A program made the position numbers and the translations under genes. Positions 18,162 to 27,553 of a DNA stretch of 64,000 nucleotides are shown here, one piece after another. The notes under the pieces are model-generated. The model was not told the DNA's origin and did no database searches. It saw nothing but the letters and a program-made list of their open reading frames with translations. Each line of letters opens with the position of its first letter. Positions within the stretch are counted from its first letter, which is position 1. Source of the DNA: Terriglobia bacterium (GTDB lineage: Bacteria > Acidobacteriota > Terriglobia > 20CM-2-55-15); assembly GCA_965198225.1 (NCBI GenBank), contig CBDAOY010000008.1, positions 736,001 to 800,000 on the forward strand. Reading direction: 5' to 3'.

Positions 18162-20210
18162 ATGAAAGCCATAGGACCCATTTCGGTAACTCTCGCCGTC
18201 GTGCTGGTTTTCGTGCCGGGGGCAGGAGCACAAGCTCCGACGGTGGACGACCTGCTCGGTATCGAGACGGTTTCTACGGCCCGGATCTCTCCCGACGGGA
18301 AGACGGTTGCGTTCGTAGTGACGCGGGCGGACTTTGACGAGAACGCCAACATCGGGCAAATCTGGCTGGCCGACGTGGGTTCCGCGGAGTCCTTCCAGTT
18401 GACCCGGGGCAACCGGTCCTCCTCGAACCCGCAGTGGTCACCCGACGGCCAGTGGCTGACGTTTACGAGCAGCCGCGCTGAAGGGAAGAATCAGATCTTT
18501 GCGATCCGGCCGGGGGGAGGCGAGGCGTTCCCGCTGACCGACTCTGAAACGGGAGTTGGCGCCTTCGAGTGGTCCAGGGACGGAAAGAGGATCGCCTTCG
18601 TCGCGTCTCCGGAATCGGAAGCGAGGAAGAATCGCGACGAGATGTACGGTGCCTTTACCGTGGTCCGGCGGGATTACACGTTCCGTCACGTCTTTACGAT
18701 CGACGTCGGGGACGCGCTGCGGAGTCCAGCGAAACCGACACAGCGGACCAGCGGCCGGGACTTCAACGTCGGCAACTTCTCCTGGTCACCCGACGGGACA
18801 CGGATCGCATTCAGCGGCACCGTCAACCCGGATCTAACCCAGCGGCACACCTCCGACATCTATGTCCTCGAACTGAACGACGACTCCGTACGGAAGATCG
18901 TCTCGACGCCGGGTTCGGACAGAGCTCCGCAGTGGTCACCCGACGGGACGCGGATTGTTTTCACCAGCATCATGGGGAGGACCGACGAATACCCGGTGAA
19001 CTCACGGCTCGCGCTCGTACCGGCGGACGGCAGCGCCGTCCCCCGCTCGATCACCGATGCGTTCGACGAGAACGTCCGCTTCGTCGACTGGAATTCCCAT
19101 GGCTTGTTTTTTTCCGCCTCGCAGAAGACGGCAACCCATTTATTCCGGGTCGATCCCGGGGACGGGCGCGTGGAGCGTGTGTCCGGACCGGACGCGTTCA
19201 TGGGCGGATCGTTTTCGTTCTCCGAAGACGGTACCGAACTGGGTTTGACGGTTCGTTCTCCAACGACGCTCAACGAGGTTGGCGTGACTGGACTCGAAAC
19301 GTTCGCGCCGAGAACACTGACGCGGATGACCGAGCAGACCAGCGGTTTGATGCTCGGCACCCGCGAGGTGATCTCGTGGACGAGTCGCGACGGGGCGACG
19401 ATCGAAGGTGTGTTGATCAAGCCCGCGGATTTCAATCCGTCGAACAAGTATGCCCTGCTGACCGTAATTCATGGCGGTCCGACGGGGATCGATCGTCCGG
19501 CCCTGCTCGCCGGAGACACCCGCTACTACCCGTCCGACATCTGGGCGGCTCGCGGGGCGCTCATCCTGAAGGTGAATTACAGGGGCAGCGCGGGTTACGG
19601 GGAGCAGTTCCGACAGTTGAACGTCCGGAACCTGGGTGTCGGTGATGCCTGGGACGTGTTGTCGGGAGTCGACCATCTGATCGATCAGGGTTGGGTCGAT
19701 CCCGACCGGGTCGGGTGCATGGGATGGAGCCAGGGGGGCTACATCTCCGCTTTCCTGACGGCCTCTTCGGACCGTTTCGCGGCGATTTCGGTCGGAGCCG
19801 GGATTTCGAACTGGGCAACCTACTACTACAACACCGACATCACGCAGTTCACTATCAACTACCTCGGAGACGACCCGGTGGACGATCCGGACATTTACGA
19901 GAAGACCTCCCCGATGGCCTACATCAAAAACGCCCAGACACCGACGCTGATCCAGCACGGAGAGCTGGATCGGAGAGTGCCGATCCCGAACGGGTACGAA
20001 TTGCGTCAGGGTCTGGAGGATCGTGGCGTTCCCGTGGAGATGGTCGTCTACAGAGGGTTCGGCCACGGCATCAACAAGCCGCGATCGACCCGTGCGGTGA
20101 TGGAACACAACCTGGCCTGGTTCAACCACTTCATATTCGGGGACCCCATGGTCGACCTGACCACCCTGGGAGCCGACGAGTCGAAGGAAAAGACCGATCA
20201 GAGGCAATAG
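18162..20210 (+). CDS. S9 family peptidase (acylaminoacyl/dipeptidyl peptidase)
   Basis: PD40 WSPDG repeats, IHGGP, NYRGSAGYG, GWSQGG, HGELDRRVP, GHG. Confidence 0.93.
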   Translation: MKAIGPISVTLAVVLVFVPGAGAQAPTVDDLLGIETVSTARISPDGKTVAFVVTRADFDENANIGQIWLADVGSAESFQLTRGNRSSSNPQWSPDGQWLTFTSSRAEGKNQIFAIRPGGGEAFPLTDSETGVGAFEWSRDGKRIAFVASPESEARKNRDEMYGAFTVVRRDYTFRHVFTIDVGDALRSPAKPTQRTSGRDFNVGNFSWSPDGTRIAFSGTVNPDLTQRHTSDIYVLELNDDSVRKIVSTPGSDRAPQWSPDGTRIVFTSIMGRTDEYPVNSRLALVPADGSAVPRSITDAFDENVRFVDWNSHGLFFSASQKTATHLFRVDPGDGRVERVSGPDAFMGGSFSFSEDGTELGLTVRSPTTLNEVGVTGLETFAPRTLTRMTEQTSGLMLGTREVISWTSRDGATIEGVLIKPADFNPSNKYALLTVIHGGPTGIDRPALLAGDTRYYPSDIWAARGALILKVNYRGSAGYGEQFRQLNVRNLGVGDAWDVLSGVDHLIDQGWVDPDRVGCMGWSQGGYISAFLTASSDRFAAISVGAGISNWATYYYNTDITQFTINYLGDDPVDDPDIYEKTSPMAYIKNAQTPTLIQHGELDRRVPIPNGYELRQGLEDRGVPVEMVVYRGFGHGINKPRSTRAVMEHNLAWFNHFIFGDPMVDLTTLGADESKEKTDQRQ

Positions 20211-20213
20211 CCC

Positions 20214-20813
20214 TCAGGTCAGGGATCGAGTGAACAGGTCGCCGAAATCTTCGGCGATCTGTTCGGCCGTCATCTTCCCCCGGGGCGAGTACCACTGGAC
20301 GATCCAGTTCAACGCGCCCAGAATCGCCCACACAGTCGTCTTGACGTCGGAGGCCCTGAAGACTCCCTCCTTCATACCTGCCTCCACCACCTGGCGGTAG
20401 GCTTTCTCGTACCGATCCCGCTTCCGGACGATTTCCTTGAGTTGATCCTTTGGAAGCGACCGAAAGTCCGTGTGGGCTGTCGAGCCCGGCAGCTCCTCGA
20501 GCACCGTCCGGACGTGAAGCGCGATCAACCCTTTCAGTTTGGCGTCGGCCGTCTGATCCGATTCCACGACTTCGTCCGCCTGCTCGGTGAGACGTTCCAG
20601 GGAGTATTCCTGGCAGAAATAGAGGAGGTCCTGCTTGGAAGAGAAGTAGTAGTAGAGGTTGCCCTTGGCCATCTGCGCTTTTTCGGCAATCTCTGCCATC
20701 GTAGCTCCGGTGAATCCGTTGCGAGTGAAAGCGGCCGACGCAGAGCGGAGGATCTCCAGCCTGCGTTCGGTGAAGCGCCGATTACGCTTGACGGGTTTTT
20801 GTTTGTCGGCCAA
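20214..20813 (-). CDS. TetR-family regulator (KstR2/PaaR-like, CoA-thioester sensing type)
   Basis: HTH GFTGATMAEIA..A..AKGNLYYYFSSKQDLL; C-terminal GALNW..QWY.P.G. Confidence 0.88.
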   Translation of the reverse strand: MADKQKPVKRNRRFTERRLEILRSASAAFTRNGFTGATMAEIAEKAQMAKGNLYYYFSSKQDLLYFCQEYSLERLTEQADEVVESDQTADAKLKGLIALHVRTVLEELPGSTAHTDFRSLPKDQLKEIVRKRDRYEKAYRQVVEAGMKEGVFRASDVKTTVWAILGALNWIVQWYSPRGKMTAEQIAEDFGDLFTRSLT

Positions 20814-21708
20814 TCGGGCCTCCTCGGTGGATCTTTCGTCGCTTGCCCTTCGGCTCAGGGTCTTCCGGACGTGCCGCGCGGACCGATGCCGTGATCAATC
20901 CGACGGCGTCCCGGATCGGGGTCGAGCTCGTGTCGATCGTCTGTGTGGCCTCCGAGTAGAGAGGCGACCGAATCGACAAGATCGAGCGCAGTTCGGTCAT
21001 CGCGGATCGTCGGTTGGCCATCGGACGGGTGTCACCCTGGCCAAGCACGCGTTCCCAGTGGTCCTCCGGTGAGGCCTTCAGCCACACGGTATGCGTGCGG
21101 CGCTTCAACAGGGACCAGGTTTCCGGGTCGGTCACGATCGATCCACCGGTTGCGATCACCATCTGTTCGTTACGGGACAGAAGGCGCAGCATCAGGTCGT
21201 GGGCAAGGCGCTTATAGTAACTCTCGCCATGGAGAGAGAACAGCTCCGACAGTGAGAGGTTGGATTCCTCCTCGATCATGGCGTCCAATTCCACGAAAGA
21301 GATTTTCAGACGTCCTGCAAGGTTGGGTCCGATCGTCGATTTGCCCGCTCCGCGCAGACCCACCAGCGAGATCGACGGCCGTCTGTCTTCCTGAAGGCGT
21401 GTTCCGAGCCAGGCTGACAGCTCCTCCAGATCCTCGTCGGAGCATCGATCAACGAGAGCGATGACCCGCTCGAGCGAACTCCCGCTGCCCGTGTCCGGCG
21501 GCAGCAGCTTGACGAGCGGAACGCCCAGGGCCCGGGCAACGTCGGCCAGGCGGGCGACGGAGATGTTGCCCCTGCCGGCCTCCAGATCCGAAAGAAAGCG
21601 AGACGAGACGCCGGATCTCTCGGCAACTTCCTTGATTGTCCAGCCGGTTGTGTTCCGCAAAGTCCGGACGCGTTGTCCGACCTCAAGCAAAAGAGTGTCC
21701 TGATCCAT
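20782..21708 (-). CDS. boxR: BoxR/BzdR-type regulator (XRE HTH + shikimate-kinase-like domain)
   Basis: SGVSSRFLSDLEAGRGNIS HTH; LVGLRGAGKSTIG; ATGGSIV; LKASPEDHWERV..QGD.RPMA. Confidence 0.9.
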   Translation of the reverse strand: MDQDTLLLEVGQRVRTLRNTTGWTIKEVAERSGVSSRFLSDLEAGRGNISVARLADVARALGVPLVKLLPPDTGSGSSLERVIALVDRCSDEDLEELSAWLGTRLQEDRRPSISLVGLRGAGKSTIGPNLAGRLKISFVELDAMIEEESNLSLSELFSLHGESYYKRLAHDLMLRLLSRNEQMVIATGGSIVTDPETWSLLKRRTHTVWLKASPEDHWERVLGQGDTRPMANRRSAMTELRSILSIRSPLYSEATQTIDTSSTPIRDAVGLITASVRAARPEDPEPKGKRRKIHRGGPIGRQTKTRQA

Positions 21709-21728
21709 GTCAGCCTATATACGCAATA

Positions 21729-21776
21729 TGCAGTATAGTGCGTATTGACTTCAAGCATAATGTGCAATATAGTACA
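21729..21776 (+). promoter_or_regulatory. Sigma70 promoter overlapped by two BzdR/BoxR-like TGCA-N6-TGCA boxes
   Basis: TGCA-gtatag-TGCG (21729-21742) and TGCA-atatag-TACA (21763-21776); -35 TTGACT (21745), 17-nt spacer, -10 TATAGT (21768). Confidence 0.75.
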
Positions 21777-21849
21777 AACTTCGCTCTCAGCACTTTTCTG
21801 TATCTATACCCTCACACAAGATCAAGTTTGGGGCTTTAGGGAGGACCGA

Positions 21850-23286
21850 ATGGCCAAGATGTTTATCGGTGGGGAGTCGGTGGATGCCGCTTCCGGAGAC
21901 ACGTACGACGTCATTAACCCTGCAACCGGCGAGGTCGTCGACACGGTCGCCAAAGGCAACGAGGAAGACACGAGGCGTGCAATCGACAGCGCCACGGAGG
22001 CGTTTGCAGAATGGGCAGACACCGCCGCCGAATCCCGTGCCCATCTGATACAGAAGGGGATCGAACTCGTCAAGGCCGAGATCGACGACCTGTCAGTCAC
22101 TCTGACCAAAGAGCAGGGTAAACCCGTCAGCGAGTCGAAGCGCGAGATCGAGCACTTCCTCCACGGGATGTCGTTTTACGCGGGTCTCGCTTCGAAGGTA
22201 CGCGGCTCCTACGTCCCTCTCCCCAACAACAGCATGTACGGCATGGTTTTGAAGCAACCCGTGGGCGTATGCGGGGCAATCGTTCCCTGGAACTTCCCGA
22301 CGACGTTGATGGGAACCAAGATCGGCCCGGCCATGGCGGCCGGATGCACCTCGATCGTCAAGCCCGCATCGACGACCCCGCTGACGACGGTTCGGATCGT
22401 CGAGCTGTTCAACCAGGCCGGGCTCTCGAAAGGGGTGCTGAACGTGGTGACGGGTCCAGGCAGCGTGGTCGGCGAAGAACTGCTTCAGAATTCGAAAGTC
22501 AGGCGGATCGCATTCACCGGAGAGAGCGGAACCGGCAAGCACATCATGGAGGTTGCCGGCGGCAACATGAAGCGCGTGACGCTGGAGTTGGGCGGCAGCG
22601 ATCCCATGATCGTCTGCGAGGACGCGTTCATGAAAGGTGCGCTGACCGGCGCTGCTGTTGGCCGTTTCTACAACTGTGGTCAGGCCTGCCTGGCAGTCAA
22701 GCGGCTGTTCGTATTCGAGAATGTTTATGACGAGTTCGTCGAAGGGCTGGTCGGCAAGGCCGGGCGACTGGTGCCCGGCAACGGAATGAACGAAAAGGTC
22801 CGGATGGGACCGATGCACACGGCGGCCCAGAGAGAGGAAGTCGAGTCCCAGATCAAGGATGCCGTCGATCGCGGCGGGAAGGTCCTGGTCGGCGGCACCC
22901 GGCCCGAAGGCGAGGAATACGACAAGGGCAACTACCTGACTCCGGCCATCATCGTTGACGCGCCGCTGGATTCCCGTATCGCGACCGAAGAAGTGTTCGG
23001 GCCCGCCCTGCCGGTCTTCAAGGTCGGCGACCTGGATGAGGCGATCGAGAAAGCCAACAGCTCGGTGTTCGGCCTGGGTGCTTCGATCTGGACGAGCGAC
23101 CTGACCCGGGCGCGAAGGGCGGCGGAGCGGTTGGAGGCAGGAAACGTCTGGGTCAATTCGCTACATATCGGCTACGACGAAATGCCGTTCGGCGGGGTGA
23201 AGGACAGCGGAATAGGCCGCGAACACGGTCCCGAAGCCCTGGAGCATTACCTGGAACCCAAAGGGGTGGTGGTCGCGACCTTGTAG
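21850..23286 (+). CDS. NAD(P)-dependent aldehyde dehydrogenase (paralog 1)
   Basis: IVPWNFP, FTGESGTG, LELGGSDP, NCGQAC, EEVFGP, PFGG.K.SG.GRE. Confidence 0.93.
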   Translation: MAKMFIGGESVDAASGDTYDVINPATGEVVDTVAKGNEEDTRRAIDSATEAFAEWADTAAESRAHLIQKGIELVKAEIDDLSVTLTKEQGKPVSESKREIEHFLHGMSFYAGLASKVRGSYVPLPNNSMYGMVLKQPVGVCGAIVPWNFPTTLMGTKIGPAMAAGCTSIVKPASTTPLTTVRIVELFNQAGLSKGVLNVVTGPGSVVGEELLQNSKVRRIAFTGESGTGKHIMEVAGGNMKRVTLELGGSDPMIVCEDAFMKGALTGAAVGRFYNCGQACLAVKRLFVFENVYDEFVEGLVGKAGRLVPGNGMNEKVRMGPMHTAAQREEVESQIKDAVDRGGKVLVGGTRPEGEEYDKGNYLTPAIIVDAPLDSRIATEEVFGPALPVFKVGDLDEAIEKANSSVFGLGASIWTSDLTRARRAAERLEAGNVWVNSLHIGYDEMPFGGVKDSGIGREHGPEALEHYLEPKGVVVATL

Positions 23287-23294
23287 CGGGTCGG

Positions 23295-23546
23295 GTGTAG
23301 GTGCGCTCTATGAGCGCACATCGTCTCGGTTTGAAGAGTGTGCGGTCACAGACCGCACCTACACCGGGCCATAGGTCGTTCCTGCTTGGATACCTTTTGG
23401 GAAAACGGTCCGTGAGGGAGCCACTGTGAGGGGGACAGGGGTATAGCCCTGTCCCCGGGTTTTGAGGCAAGCAGACAACGTTCCCGAACGACGGAGCGCG
23501 CATGGTCTCGGTTCGAAGAGTGTGCGGTCATAGACCGCACCTACAC
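23295..23546. repeat. GTAG-type REP cluster (3 units) with a GGGGACAGGG palindrome
   Basis: REP units at 23295, 23339 and 23521; GGGGACAGGG-GTATAG-CCCTGTCCCC at 23431-23456. Confidence 0.8.
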
Positions 23547-23616
23547 CGGCGCAAGGTTGCTCCTGCATAGATGCGAAAGACGGGAACACGTAGAGTCGAA
23601 AAAGAAGGCAGGCTCA

Positions 23617-25065
23617 ATGCCGACAAAGATGATGGTCGCGGGCGAGTGGCGGAACTCGGCGGGCGGCAAAGAAAAAGAGATCCGGAACCCGGCCACAGGA
23701 GAGGTCGTCGACACGGTCGTCGAGGCGACGGAGTCGGATATCGCGGCGGCAATCGACTCCGCGGAGTCCGCTTTCCGGGATTGGGCCGCCACCCCCCCGC
23801 CGCGACGAGCCGAGATCGTGGACAGGGGAGCCCGCCTTGTCAAGGAGCGCGAGAAGGACTTAGCTCGCCTGCTGACTCAGGAGCAGGGCAAGCCGCTCCG
23901 GGAGGCGATGCTGGAGATTCGCCGCTTCGTTCACACGCTCAATCACTACACCGGTATGGCCAAAAGCATCCGGGGCGGCTACGTTCCCCTGCTCAACGAG
24001 CGCAGCTACGGGATGATCATCAAGAAACCGATCGGTATCGTGGGCTCGATCGTTCCATGGAATTTTCCGGTTGCGCTGATGGGGAACAAGATCGGGCCCG
24101 CCCTGATCGCGGGTGACACGATTGTCGTCAAGCCGGCCGGCACGACGCCCCTGACGGCGACGGCCTGCGTCGGTGTGCTCAACGAGGCTGGACTTCCACC
24201 GGGAGTCCTGAACATCGTGCCTGGACCCGGTGGGGTAGTCGGGGAAGCGCTGCTGAAGGACCCTAGAGTGCGCAAGATTGGATTTACGGGTGCGACGGAA
24301 ACAGGGCGACATGTCATGGAAGTGGCCGCCGAAACCGTGAAGCGAGTGACGCTTGAGCTGGGGGGGAGCGACCCGATGATCGTCTGCGACGACGCGAATA
24401 TCGATGCCGCGGTCAGCGCGGCTTCGGTCGGGCGCTTCTTCAATTGCGGTCAGGCGTGTCTTGCCATCAAGCGGCTGTACCTGTTCGACGAGATCTATGA
24501 CGAGTTCGTCGAGAAACTCGTCGCCAAAGTTGGGAAATTGCGTATCGGCAATGGACTCGAACAGGGTGTTCTGGTCGGACCGCTGCACAGCGCCGCTCAG
24601 CGTGAAGAGGTCGAAGAGCAGGTGCGGGATGCCGTGGAGGGTGGAGCCACCGTACTCGCCGGCGGGAAACGCCCTGAGGGAGACGGCCTGGACAAGGGAC
24701 ACTTCTACATGCCGACCCTTCTGGCGGACGTCGATGAGCAGTCGAAGGTCGTCCAGGAAGAGGTATTCGGCCCCGCCCTTCCGATCATGCGGGTCTCGGA
24801 GATGGACGAAGCGATCGAGCGTGCCAATTCATCGATATTCGGCCTGGGCTCTTCGGTGTGGACGCGCAACATCGACCGTGCCAACGAAGGGGCCGAACGG
24901 CTGGAGTCGGGTTACACGTGGGTGAATTCCCCGCAGATCATATTCGATGAGCTGCCCTTCGGGGGCGCCAAACAAAGTGGCCTCGGTAAGGAGCACGGGT
25001 CGGAGGCGTTCGACTACTACATGGAAACCAAGTCGGTTGTGATCGCGAAGAACACGACAGGCTGA
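23617..25065 (+). CDS. NAD(P)-dependent aldehyde dehydrogenase (paralog 2)
   Basis: IVPWNFP, FTGATETG, LELGGSDP, NCGQAC, EEVFGP; closely similar to paralog 1. Confidence 0.93.
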   Translation: MPTKMMVAGEWRNSAGGKEKEIRNPATGEVVDTVVEATESDIAAAIDSAESAFRDWAATPPPRRAEIVDRGARLVKEREKDLARLLTQEQGKPLREAMLEIRRFVHTLNHYTGMAKSIRGGYVPLLNERSYGMIIKKPIGIVGSIVPWNFPVALMGNKIGPALIAGDTIVVKPAGTTPLTATACVGVLNEAGLPPGVLNIVPGPGGVVGEALLKDPRVRKIGFTGATETGRHVMEVAAETVKRVTLELGGSDPMIVCDDANIDAAVSAASVGRFFNCGQACLAIKRLYLFDEIYDEFVEKLVAKVGKLRIGNGLEQGVLVGPLHSAAQREEVEEQVRDAVEGGATVLAGGKRPEGDGLDKGHFYMPTLLADVDEQSKVVQEEVFGPALPIMRVSEMDEAIERANSSIFGLGSSVWTRNIDRANEGAERLESGYTWVNSPQIIFDELPFGGAKQSGLGKEHGSEAFDYYMETKSVVIAKNTTG

Positions 25066-25127
25066 ATACTTCATTCGGACCAAAGCTATGGGATTCAGCG
25101 TCGCTGAAACCCGGGAGTGAAACGATT

Positions 25128-25910
25128 ATGGCCCTGGTAGATTATCGGGTTGAAGGCGGCCTCGGGATCATCGAGATCAACAATCCGCCGGCAAACGTCT
25201 ACACCCTGGACAGTCTGAAACTACTGGACGAGGCGATCGTGAAGACGCGGTTCGATTCCTCGGTCCACGTGATCGTGATAATGGGTGCCGGCGACAAGTT
25301 CTTCTCTGCGGGTGCCGACATCCGGATGCTCTCCTCGGAGACCACGGACTTCAAGAACAACTTTGCGCTGTTCGGTCACGAGACCCTGTTGCGTCTGGAG
25401 AATACGCCAAAGCTGGTGATCGCCGGCATCAACGGTCACTGTGTGGGCGGGGGCCTGGAGATCGCGATGGCGTGTGACATCCGGATCGCAAAAAAGGACG
25501 CGGGGCGGGTGGGGCTTGCCGAGGTCAATCTCGGTGTGATTCCCGGAATGGGCGGTACCCAGCGGTTGCCACGCCTCGTCGGTCGGGCACGCGCCCTGGA
25601 ACTCGGGGCGACCGGGCGCATGATCGCCTTCGAGGAGGCCGAAGCCTGGAACCTGATTCACGACATCTTTGATCCCGAAGACTTCAAGCAACAGGTGATG
25701 GACTACGCCGGCCAGTTCGTCGCTCCAAACAAGCCGAGCAAGGCGGTGGGTTTGATCAAGCGCGCGATTCAATCCGGTATCAACGGAAGTCTCGCCGACG
25801 GCCTGGCCCTGGAAAGGGAAGCCCTGGCCCAGGCCTTTGACAGTGCGGATGCTGCCGAGGGATTGAGCGCTTATCAGGAGAAGCGGGTGGCCAAGTTCGT
25901 TGGCAAGTAA
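25128..25910 (+). CDS. Enoyl-CoA hydratase/isomerase (single crotonase domain; candidate ring-opening enzyme)
   Basis: FFSAGADI, NGHCVGGGLEIAMACD, EVNLGVIPGMGGTQRLPRLVG. Confidence 0.88.
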   Translation: MALVDYRVEGGLGIIEINNPPANVYTLDSLKLLDEAIVKTRFDSSVHVIVIMGAGDKFFSAGADIRMLSSETTDFKNNFALFGHETLLRLENTPKLVIAGINGHCVGGGLEIAMACDIRIAKKDAGRVGLAEVNLGVIPGMGGTQRLPRLVGRARALELGATGRMIAFEEAEAWNLIHDIFDPEDFKQQVMDYAGQFVAPNKPSKAVGLIKRAIQSGINGSLADGLALEREALAQAFDSADAAEGLSAYQEKRVAKFVGK

Positions 25911-25972
25911 GCTGGGCAGGGTTCAACGGTGACAGGTCCTCGACCTGACCCGTTATGAGGAGGTAAGTTTAC

Positions 25973-27076
25973 GTGGCCAGAATTTCGACATTTGATGACT
26001 GGACCGACTATTTCCGCGAGTGGCAGAAGGACATCGGTCTGGATGCTTCGCGATTCGACGACTACGAATTTGAAGTGAAGTTCGGCCCGGTTGCATCGGA
26101 AGAGATCGAATTCGGCGATTTCGCCGGGCGCCCCAAGTGGGAGAGGGTGATCCAGATACCGGACCAGCGGATCCGGGACTCCCTGCTGCACTTGATTACG
26201 TTCCAGGGAGACACCGAGTTCGCGTCCGTCGAGCAGCAGAAGCACCTGCTCGACACCGCTCCGAGTGATTACGATCTGCAGTCGGCGCTCAAGATCATGA
26301 GGGAAGAGATGCGTCACGGGACGCAGATGTGCTACCTCCTCGTGAAGTACTTCGGCGACACCGGAAAACTCGAAGCTCAGAAACTCCTGGAGAGGCGTGC
26401 GTACGAGAACAGTCGCCTCCTGGGAGCTTTCAACCAGGACATCAGCGATTGGCTCGATTTCTACTGTTTCACGGAACTGGTCGACCGCGACGGCAAGTAT
26501 CAGCTGACCATGCTGAGCCACTCTGGGTTCAAACCTCTCGCGGCGAGTATGCAGCCGATGTTGGGAGAGGAGTTCTTCCACCTCCTGACCGGGCACACGG
26601 GTTTGAGCAGGATCATTAAAGCCGGAAAGGTTCCTCATGACATCCTGCAGAAACACGTCAACAAGTGGTATTCCGTCGCCCTGGATCTGTTTGGTGTGGA
26701 CCAGTCTTCCTCGGCGGCCTGGTTCTACGCCTGGGGACTCAAGGGACGTTACGACGAAGGGAGTGTCGAAGGCGAACCTGATCGGGACAAGCTGAACGAG
26801 GCGGCCCGCGGTCATTACATGGCGGAAGTTGCCGAGTTGTTCGCCGCACTGAACAAGTTGATACCGGAAGACCAGCCCAAGCTGAGCCTGCCGGATCCGA
26901 AATTTCACCGCGGTATCGGTGAGTTCGCGGACAAGAGATACGGCGCAACGGGAGAGCTGCTGTCACCGGATGCATACGCGACTCATCTCGAGAAAACTCT
27001 TCCTACCGCGGCGGACAAGGCGAAGCTGTCTGAGGTCTTCAAGGACCAGGACTGGATTCTCAAGGTAGAACAATAG
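25973..27076 (+). CDS. boxB: BoxB-like di-iron (benzoyl-)CoA epoxidase oxygenase subunit
   Basis: QGDTEFASVEQQ.HL...APS.YDL, EEMRH, DRDGKYQL, EEFFH, LDLFG...SS.A...Y..GLKGRY match BoxB motifs. Confidence 0.82.
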   Translation: MARISTFDDWTDYFREWQKDIGLDASRFDDYEFEVKFGPVASEEIEFGDFAGRPKWERVIQIPDQRIRDSLLHLITFQGDTEFASVEQQKHLLDTAPSDYDLQSALKIMREEMRHGTQMCYLLVKYFGDTGKLEAQKLLERRAYENSRLLGAFNQDISDWLDFYCFTELVDRDGKYQLTMLSHSGFKPLAASMQPMLGEEFFHLLTGHTGLSRIIKAGKVPHDILQKHVNKWYSVALDLFGVDQSSSAAWFYAWGLKGRYDEGSVEGEPDRDKLNEAARGHYMAEVAELFAALNKLIPEDQPKLSLPDPKFHRGIGEFADKRYGATGELLSPDAYATHLEKTLPTAADKAKLSEVFKDQDWILKVEQ

Positions 27077-27080
27077 ACTG

Positions 27081-27404
27081 ATGTCCGACAAGTACGTCCT
27101 CGTTTGTCAGAACGCCGATTGCAAAGCCCGGCAGGCGGGCGAGTTGTTGGAGGCGCTGGACAAACGGCTGAAGGATTCCGCCGACATTACGGTTAAACCG
27201 TACATGTGCTTCGGGGCCTGTCAGTCGGGCCCGAACATCGTGATGTATCCCCAGAAAGTCTGGTACGCGAAGGTGAGCCCGGACGACGTTGAGGACATTG
27301 CGGGCTATGCCGAGGGCGGGCCGGAAGTCGGGCGGTTGACCGAGGGCGTCGACCGGGGACTTCAGGAACTGATCTACCAGCTGTTGGACGCGGGACTGTT
27401 CTAG
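27081..27404 (+). CDS. Thioredoxin-like [2Fe-2S] ferredoxin (NuoE-like)
   Basis: CQNADC...CFGACQSGPNIVMYPQKVWY. Confidence 0.88.
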   Translation: MSDKYVLVCQNADCKARQAGELLEALDKRLKDSADITVKPYMCFGACQSGPNIVMYPQKVWYAKVSPDDVEDIAGYAEGGPEVGRLTEGVDRGLQELIYQLLDAGLF

Positions 27405-27424
27405 TGGCCTGTAGCAGGTCACTA
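27402..27424. repeat. Collapsed TIR-only copy of the E2-type element
   Basis: TAGTGGCCTG-TAG-CAGGTCACTA on the ferredoxin stop codon. Confidence 0.65.
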
Positions 27425-27453
27425 TACGCCTGATCCTCGGGATCAAGCGTGCG

Positions 27454-27541
27454 GTCAGCGGTCAGCTTTCAGCTTCCTGCCAGGAAACGGGACGCTCAGG
27501 GCCTTCATCCAGAAGCCTGAACGCTGAAAGCCGATGGCTGA
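27454..27541. repeat. Inverted heptamer arrays (TCAGCNN ... NNGCTGA)
   Basis: GTCAGCGGTCAGCTTTCAGC ... CTGAACGCTGAAAGCCGATGGCTGA. Confidence 0.6.
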
Positions 27542-27553
27542 TTGCATCTGCCC

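Noticed and set aside
4594-23546. REP clusters as CRISPR mini-arrays
   Set aside because: Units are inverted and dispersed, linkers are conserved rather than unique spacers, and there are no cas genes.
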